Source: Tubiluchus corallicola
Lineage: Eukaryota; Animalia; Priapulida
Reading direction: 5' to 3'
NCBI GenBank assembly: GCA_030141605.1
Contig: JAQGDQ010000206.1
Span: 62,001 to 126,000, forward strand
DNA: 64,000 bases
Below are positions 55,171-64,000 of this stretch, piece by piece (positions within the stretch are counted from its first letter, which is position 1; every line of letters begins with the position of its first letter). The notes beneath the pieces are model-generated. The model did not search any database. It was not told the origin of the DNA and worked only from the letters and a program-made list of their open reading frames with translations. The position numbers and the translations under genes are program-made.

Positions 55171-57509
55171 CAATGAATATGATGATATACAATGAAACAA
55201 AAATTAAACATAAGCATTACTAATTGACATTTTCAACGCAAGCCGTTTGTACTGGCCCAGTGACAGTAGGAAGTATATCGTCTTTATTGTAATATTTCTA
55301 TTTTAATTTAAGTTTAATTTGTTTTGCTATAGTGCAATTGCAATTTTCTTTCAGGAGCTAATAAAGTTCTAGTCCATTATAATCTAACCTCACACAGACT
55401 ATAGACCACAGCAGGCAGAAGATTTACTAGCAGCACACAACTTAAAGTGGCCAGTGGTAGGAATTCGTCAATGGTCAACGGATTAGAAAGCATAATAAGG
55501 ACTGGTCAGGTCACCTGAAAGAGCCTTCTAGCTGTCGCACAAATTCATTTTGAATTTCACAGTTTAGATCTGTAACTAAACTTGGCATATTTATGATTAT
55601 GGAGCACTAGGGATGAGCATCGAACGTTCGATATCGATCTGAAAGAGTTTTTTAGTTCCAATTCGATTCAATGATAAAATTGTATACTCAAATAATCCAT
55701 CACTTCAACTACACATAACTTTATGAAACGTGTGCAACAACAAATTATTAGCGTTTTTACTGTAGAACAAAATCAAAATATCATGATGTTTGTGAAGCCC
55801 CCTTTAGTAATTAGAAAATAAACTTGAAAATCTGAAAAGCTAAATTATAATTCGATTCTGATTCGAAAATGGTGAAATGCGGGTTGGAAAGTCACAAATT
55901 CGATTCGAATTCGCTTCTGGCAGAGAAAGTTCACCCTGTCGAGAACCACGGGCGCAAGTATGCTATTGGCTGGCACAAAGTATCTCGTAAAGAACACAAT
56001 AAATGGGCCATGAAATAAGTTTACGACAACGAGTTTACAAGAGCGGTGCGTATTGTAGTCATTAAAATTTTATTCTCGCGAAATTTCATCGGTTACCGTT
56101 TAGTCATAATGCAAAAACGATGTAGGTAGTTAACGTTGGTAGGATTTTAGAAGACTTAGCTAGCTAAACCAGCGTAGCTTGTGGAAACTAAAAGTCTGTC
56201 ACCATATTAGATTAGATTTAGAAAAATACTCATTTCTAAATAATAAGTAGGCAGCATACCAGTCAGTTGTTAGGCTGACAGAAGAATGGCAATTGCATGA
56301 TTTGAAATACATTTGTAATTGTGATTTGGAATACATAATTATGCTACCGACACAATCAGTTATAAAAGTTCAAAGACTAAGCAACTTCGTTGTCATTACT
56401 GCGTTTGATATAAACTCGATTGACGCGATTAAATTAAGATATTTTTACTACGCACAAAAATGACAATATACATTTTTGGTCGAATGAATAAGGAAGAGCG
56501 CGTGCGCAGTAGCGCTAGACGAGACTGACGAGCACGTTTTGACATAAACGTATGGTAGCATTAATATAAACATTACACAACAGTATCAGAATTCAAAGTA
56601 TATACAATAAGAATAATAATAAGAAGAAGATGATGAAGATGAAGAAAAAGGAGAAATGTATTTATTTATGAAGTGCTCTTTCAATAAAAAATTTTTCAAA
56701 CGCCCTGTACAATTAAAAATATGAGGCTCGCACTACTGGTTTTTCTGTTGTTTTTCAAACACAGACCTATCCTATAATGCAGAATGGCTGCTTATATATC
56801 CAATTTTTTTCTCTCGGGTTTCGTATCTGTACACTTCTTTAACAGAAATTGTTTACCCGAAAACTACCTCACTCCTTTTCAGGATGAATATCTTCCATCA
56901 CTATCATTATTATTATCATCATCATCGTCGTCGTCGTCGTCGTCGTCGTCGTCCTCATCATCATCATCATTGTTATTATTATTATCATTATTATTACCAT
57001 CAAATTAGTTACATGAACTGCATTGATATTTTCAATTTTTTGCTGTGTTTCATGTCCGGCGATTTGTTTACTAAAACAGCCTACGTAGTGGATTTACTCG
57101 TACTGTTAAGTTACCTAGCTCTAGCGAAATTATTTCTGCTGTATCACTTTCATGTATGTGCGTCTGCGTGCATCCATATCATAGTTTTACTGCCATTGGT
57201 GCTACCTGACGTAGAATACACACTACACGCTATATTTTATACGCCTGTTTTAAAACTAATTTAATTGCACCCGTGAATTAAGTCATAAAACGCCTGCATT
57301 TAACTGCAGAGTACTGTTACGCAACGAATCGTATAATTACACAAAACTGCTGCAGCCGCTGCTATGCTGTTACTGCAAAACGCAATAGGCTTCACAACGA
57401 TTCCAACAAAATCAATGCAAAATTACAGATGTTCTATCTTTGTAACACTCGTACAATCGTTCCTAAACATAGTTACATCAAATTTATCCCCGAAAAGAAT
57501 ACTACTTAC

Positions 57510-57620
57510 CCGTTTCTGCTGTAAATTCCTTGTGATATTTCGTTATAATCCAGAGCACATATTCTACGTTAGCACTAAAATAAGCGTTTCGACCTCACCC
57601 ACTTCGCATAAACACTGCAA
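57510..57620 (-). other. Candidate non-coding first exon of TPPP
   Basis: The TPPP ATG exon begins with an acceptor, so an upstream exon or trans-splicing is required. A consensus donor GG|GTAAGT at 57509 lies next to a CpG-richer, non-repeat patch. The 5' end is a guess. Confidence 0.35.
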
Positions 57621-58834
57621 CGCGCGATGCCACACCCGCGGTATCGAGTGCTGAGACTACACGACCCTACCGTTGAGCAGTTATCACAGCATAGCACGTT
57701 CATATCATAGCAGCCACTGTGATACGCTGCATACGCGCTGGCTGCTGTGTGAATAGATAGAATGCATACTTTGACCGATAAAACATAATGTGGTTATTAC
57801 TGGGGCTGTGATGAACGGGTAGCCCTGAGACCTTGATAAAGCGATAACATCATCACAGATGCAGAAGTGTGCAGGAAATTGTGCTGTATGGGTGTGGGTA
57901 CATGAGGGACATTATTTTACACCCAACAGTCAGGGGCGTCGGCAGCAAATTACAGGTCCGGGGTCAGCATTTTTGAAAAGGGCACATTTTGTTTCTGTTG
58001 CCAGCCTAATGACGATGATTATGAATTATATATAAGGTTATATCTAAGGCACCCCAAATGCCTTCTGCCTCTTACATAATCATGGATAACCTCACATTTT
58101 TCCGTCAAAAAGACAAAGTTCTGCTCCCGCGCTGCCCCCCCCTCGGAAATGCTCGGCGCTCCTGCCAACAGTGTCAGAAGAGAAGGAACAATGCCCCAAA
58201 AAAACTTCCGATGCAAAGTTACACTTACCTGCTTGAAAGACTTGCGTAATTAGAAAAAATTCTTAATAATTTAAACTGTTCGCGCCAGCGTAAAATGTCA
58301 CTGACTCACCTTCCCAGTGTGCACCACTGACTCACAAAATATCTATTTTTAATCTTATTGACAAGATCACAACGAATGCTCTGACTATTTTTTCAAACTT
58401 TATGCTATCTAAACTTGTTTGAAACGACTTGTCTTTAAAATGGCTGCACCTAACAGCTTTCGTGGGAGTTTAAATTTACAAGTTTGCGTTACTGTTAAGG
58501 CAAGCCCAGGATGCAATAAATGGCAGCACGTAATTGATATAAATTTTCAAAACGAATTTGTTAAACTTTACGTAAGTGAAGAGTTGTACTTTAAATTGCT
58601 ATCACGTATATATTTTAATTATCGATAATGGTTTATAACTAATTACCATGTTGAAAATACATGCTAACCTGACCGTGACTTAACAACAATCGCATTAGTT
58701 TACAAATTAACTAACCAAAACTAGCTAAACTAACGAAAAGCTGATACTAATTTATTCCAGTAACGGTCCAATAGAGAAACAGAATGAAGATAAAATCTTA
58801 AAACTGGGGCCAAATTATTCAACTGTTGCTTTTC

Positions 58835-58839
58835 TATTA

Positions 58840-58916
<77 letters not shown>

Positions 58917-58922
58917 TACTAC

Positions 58923-59004
<82 letters not shown>
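58835..59004. repeat. (ATT)n microsatellite
   Basis: Seen directly in the sequence. Confidence 0.95.
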
Positions 59005-59006
<2 letters not shown>

Positions 59007-60754
59007 AACTCTTTATTGAAAATGATACAATGAGCCCTCTATTTCCAGGGCACATAAGTACAAAAATGTTTAATAAATCTTTACATTATGTACATTAAAT
59101 AAATTATTACACTAAATTCTTCACGGCTACCGATTTCTTACTAAACAAGCTAATAACAATTCTAATAAACAAGCTAATAAACAAACAATACTAAACAATT
59201 CTGCGTTGCGGTTAATTAATTCTAAATACATATCTGATATTTGCGTATAATGTTTATACATGTTATACTCTACGTAAAAGTAGTATATGTTGTAGATTAT
59301 ACATACATAAATAATCTTAAGTTGATGTCATTCGTACATAAATAGTATGCCTGTATAATCTATATAATCTATTAGTTCATAAAACACATACAGATTTTAA
59401 TTTTGTACAGTATTTTATTGGTAATACTCTTGATTCTAAAAAGCAAACTAAAATTGCTCCCCTGTAATCAAGTCACGTGTTAACCGACAGTAATCTCACA
59501 GGATTTCTTTCCAGTTTATTTTACAAATATACTGCACACAATGCATTCCAGTAAAAGTTTTATAATCCAAGCTAAATCTCTTGCTATAAATATTCAACCA
59601 AGAACTTTTAGTGCCCTGAGTGCTCTGCGGAGAGGCGATAGTGGTGTAACGCCCTGCAGTGATGCGCTTTGTGATTTTGTTTATGATTAGTTTTGTCATT
59701 GGCTGTAATAAATTCAACCTACAGAATTTTACAACCTTTGAAAATCTGTTAAACTTCAAGGTGTATTATTCGTGCTTCGGAGTCAGAGCTTCATAAACAG
59801 TTTTTATGGGTTGTATTAGTTTTGCGCTGTCGAGATGTTCCGGACTGTCCAGCCTTCATGGGGGTCGGCAGATATTAGCTCTATAAAAGCCTCTATTTCG
59901 AACTTTTCGTTACAGGAAAAACCGGGCGCAATCTTAAACTGTAGATCAAATCAAAATATCCTATAAAATAACACAGGGTATAGAAAAGGAACATAATTGT
60001 TTGTTCAAGAATGACTTACGTGAAATAATTACCACACAAATTTCGCGATCGCGAGACCAGTTCGTTGAGGCATACATTTCGCCATTCGGTAGTTAGGTGA
60101 GCACTAGTGGCCACGTCTCAGAAAAGTGTTGCACAAAAACAGATGTCGTACCTAGCAGTTTCAGATGTGTTCGTTTGTGATGTAGTACACACGTTTGAGA
60201 GCTCATGCGTGAGCAAAGCGGTAAACGTGAAATTAGAATTTTCAACTTAGAGTTTGCCGAGGTTTGCGTAGTGCACTGGATGTTGAACAGTAGCGCTGTA
60301 CTTCAATTTTCGCTTTCGTAAATACGCTCACAGAATATTTGGGCACTTATGTTCAGTTCTGACGTCACCATTAGTTGGGCTCGCTCGCCGTTAATAAAGC
60401 TTTAACCTATAATTTAATTATTAGAAATATTTTGGCAATATTATAAGTGTTAAAATGTATGCTTTTTACGGTATTTCAAAATAGAGTATGATGTGAAATA
60501 TGAACCTGTTTTCCTTTAATAGCCGATTTTGTAACATAGGGTGAAATAGGTACTTTTGTTTTAAGCATTTTATTCAAATATGAAGATAGTAACAGCACAG
60601 TGTATCTATTGTGTAGACTAGTTATTGCAAAAAGCTATTGAATACATTTGCTCGTGTTTTTCAGCGATGCGAGAATTTAATTTATGTTGATCTATCACCA
60701 TAAAAACATTACTTTGTAAAACTTTGTTCTCGCGGTTCTATAAAGGGGTTTATT

Positions 60755-61265
60755 TAACGAACTTCGGATGAGGAAAATAAAAGCACGAAGATAGTTTCGA
60801 ACCCCGGAACAATCTGACATAGCTGTTGCACAGAAGATTTCGTAGTCTTAGTGTACGGGGAGAGTACTTTCCCTGAAGAACACCTGAAATGTTGCCAGAT
60901 GGTGATGTAGCGATATCGAGAATGACACCTGTAGACCCCTAGATGAATTGGAAATCGTCTCAGGTAAGGATAAGCGTTTCTACACACCAGACAAAATAAT
61001 GCAAGTATTAATACAAGTTTCTACACCAGTTAGTATTAGAGGTATGTATGTACTGTACAAAGATCCGGCCATGTTGAGACCACTTGCAACATTGAAAAGT
61101 TTTCTCGGTATGTATAATACACATTTTAACCTACAGATTATTAAAATTAGTGTAAAGTAATCAGTAAACGTATTACCCGTTGCATCCCAAAGGTCCGGTC
61201 AAATGGGTATAGGCCAATCAGGCGTAAGTCAACCAGAATCCAGTGAGGAGTTTTGGAAAACAAAA
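60755..61265 (-). mobile_element. Highly degenerate LINE reverse transcriptase remnant
   Basis: Frameshifted SGVLQG/KVLSP (compare SGVPQGSVLSP) and upstream FSKTPH...QRV (compare FDKVPH...QRV). Confidence 0.35.
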
Positions 61266-61901
61266 CAAACTCAGGAGCGGATACAGGTTTCAGAACAACA
61301 GTGGGCTCAACAGAAAAGCAGTTAGGGGGTCTCGGGGAACAACGTAGTCTCCCTAGCGAGGTCCACCCGGACAACAATACATTTTGCTGCATTTCAGATC
61401 ACTTTTCTGCCTTCTAGAAGCCATTTCCCCAAGGAAGGTCACTAGTTTAGAACAGGTGTCACCTCACCTTTGATTCAAAAATACATACCAATATTTTGAT
61501 ATAAACTATACAGCATACATGATGAACATGACGTACACAACTTTCATCTGCTTTGTTGTAATATACAGATATAAGGCACCTTTAGCATCTAGCAAATTGT
61601 TCTAATGCTTATAATTCAGAGAAACTATTAATTTGGTGTGTTGTAACGGTTACTGTGCAACGCTTGGGCCCACCCCCTAAACCTGCCACTGAAATAAATA
61701 GGTAATGCTGAAATAAAGAAATCAACGAGTAGAAAAGCTTAGTTTTTAAAAATTGCAACTTAGAAAAAATACTCATTTCGCCCCAACTTCTCTTATTTTG
61801 GGCAGAAATGGGAAAGGAAGTTATTCTGGTTTCTACTTTTTGGCAGTTATGCTTTCTGATTTCATTGGTAATACAATCAAAAGTGTAGAATTTTCCATGT
61901 T

Positions 61902-62373
61902 ACAACAACAGCAGCAGCAGCAGCAACGACAACAACAACAAGAACAACAACAACAATAATAATAATAACAACAACAACAACACAACAGCAATAACAATAA
62001 CAGCAATAACAACAGCACAAGAATAACAACAACAGGAACAGCAGCAGCAGCAACGGCAACAACAGCAACAACAAGAACAACAACAACAACACAACAGCAA
62101 CAACAATAACAATAACAGCAAGAACAACAGCACACAAATAACAACAACAGGAACAGCAGCAGCAGCAACAACAACAACAACAATAACAGCAGCAGCAGCA
62201 ACAACAACAACAACACAACAACGACAATAACAACAGGAACAGCAGCACCACCAACAGCAAAACAACGTAACAGCAACAACCATAACAATAACAGCAAGAA
62301 CAACAACAACACAAGAATAATAACAACAACAACAACAACAACACAACAGCAACAACAACAATAATAACAACAG
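61902..62373. repeat. (CAA/CAG/TAA)n low-complexity tract
   Basis: Seen directly; frequent stops and frame shifts, non-coding. Confidence 0.9.
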
Positions 62374-64000
62374 CTCTGCTATCACCGATTTTCAGAATTA
62401 TTGTCTGCACTGCTTACAAAATTTTCAAACAAGCGAAATACCATAGTACAAGAAATTACGTGTCATTCAGGTCTCCTCATATCGACAAAATCTGGTTCGG
62501 ATGGGTCAAAAAGTAAAGACGAGAGGTCACAAACGCAATCGTGCACCTGGCATTTAGCAACTTTGAAAAAAGTTTTTGACTGAAGAGAACGCAAAAATAA
62601 TAGCACAACAACGAGCAAAACAACAAAACGAACAATGTCCAGTTTAACAGTATTTACAAGTCATGTGCGATATTTGCTACTGCTAACTGTTGCGATCTGT
62701 AAGCTAGGGTATTAATTTGTTCTTGACTCATATAAGCTTAGCTGTTCAACTGTTTTTACAAACGGTGTTATGAAGCGTATAATTCGCAGCTTTGTTTATC
62801 CAAATTATGTAACAGCTTGAACTGAAACTGCGCGAATTTCCACGTGCGTTCAGGACCACGTGACTGGAAGTGCCCTCTTGACGGCACGTGAAGAAACCGC
62901 AAGTCAACAACAACAAAACAGTAGAAAATCTGCTCTAGGGAAGTGCCAGCCACTTTCTTTAATATCATTGCCTGGACCTTTGCAAACAGCTACATCGCAA
63001 CAATTCAGTTCGTACACGGTGTCTCCATCTAGCGGTGGCAGAGCTACGCGAACAAAGCAGTCACGTGCAGAATGATTCATCAGTTCCCATTCACTTAGTT
63101 GGAGTTCAGCTCAGCTGACGTGCTGTTTTAGGTGTCTCATAGAATCGCGTAATCGCTCTGCTTAGTAACGAACAGAACTGTGTCCCTGTACTTTGCACTT
63201 AGCGCTCTTGATCACGCTATTTATTCGCTGTCGTTCTTTTTAACAAACGAAATCACCACGTCGGATTCTCGGACGAGCAAAAAGTGGCCAGGAACTTTCG
63301 GGTGTTTGCGAAAGAGACACAAAGAAATCAAGCCGGTCAGAATTCTTGTTTTTATTGATTTTAGCGCAGAATATGGGTATGTGTCACATTGCTGTATCTG
63401 TATTAACAAAGTAACAAAGAAATTGTCTGGAATTTAGTGCAAATTACGTCAACTGTGTTAGTTATTGCCTAGCTTGAGTCTGTGATATAGTAATAGTGCT
63501 TGCGTGCTTACTATAATGGACGATAGTCATGCAACATGCTTCGTTTAATCCGTTTCGTTTATTTTCAATATTTTACGCTGAACGACCTAGATATTTACAG
63601 AGTAGGAGTGCCTATTAAGCTGGGATGTTTGTTGGCTTTGCTTGTATAATGTAAATGTGTTGATTGCGTTCAAATTTTAGCGCCTTCTTGTAGCGTACTT
63701 TGATATAATTTGCAAATTAAATCATTAGGGGATTCTCTGCGCAAACTTCGTTGAAACTCTTTGTAAATTGGTCGTAAACATGTCGTGTAATTGTTAGAAG
63801 TACAGACCGGTCTTGCATAATTTTTTATCTTATTTTTATGACAATGTAACAGCGTCGTGCCAAACACAATAGCATTGTTTAGAACTTGAGACTTCTAATA
63901 TTGCATTGTTTATTACGTCACTTTCTGTGAGGTGTTTGGACGGTCAAGTTAAGTGCATGTCAGTCGTGCTGACATTGCTATTTTGACAAAGTTGTCTCTG

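Overview
This is AT-rich, repeat-dense eukaryotic (metazoan, probably invertebrate) genomic DNA with three spliced protein-coding genes that I reconstructed by hand. (1) A + strand Golgi type II carbohydrate 6-O-sulfotransferase (CHST1/3/5-like), about 406 aa, exons 6101-6212, 8027-8116, 9547-9630 and 12831-13765; two of its stem exons are tandem duplicates. (2) A - strand uncharacterised secreted-type, highly basic, Cys-rich protein of about 521 aa (exons 18154-17830 and 16939-15699) with four CX3CX3C...CX3CX3C modules. (3) A - strand TPPP/p25-alpha gene of 193 aa (exons 53489-53281, 48919-48739 and 28725-28534) with a ~20 kb intron. The rest is MITEs (hAT-, piggyBac-, Kolobok-, Tc/mariner- and Harbinger-like), LINE fragments, tRNA-derived SINEs, minisatellites and microsatellites. 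Most of the short ORFs in the supplied track are repeat artefacts. There are two highlights. First, the only intron of gene 2 appears to be a DNA transposon with an 8-bp TSD that is spliced out introner-style (donor in the TIR, acceptor in the TSD, +4 codons). Second, a ~500-bp non-autonomous RTE element begins exactly at the cleavage site of a twister ribozyme. Family assignments come from motif recognition only; no searches were run.
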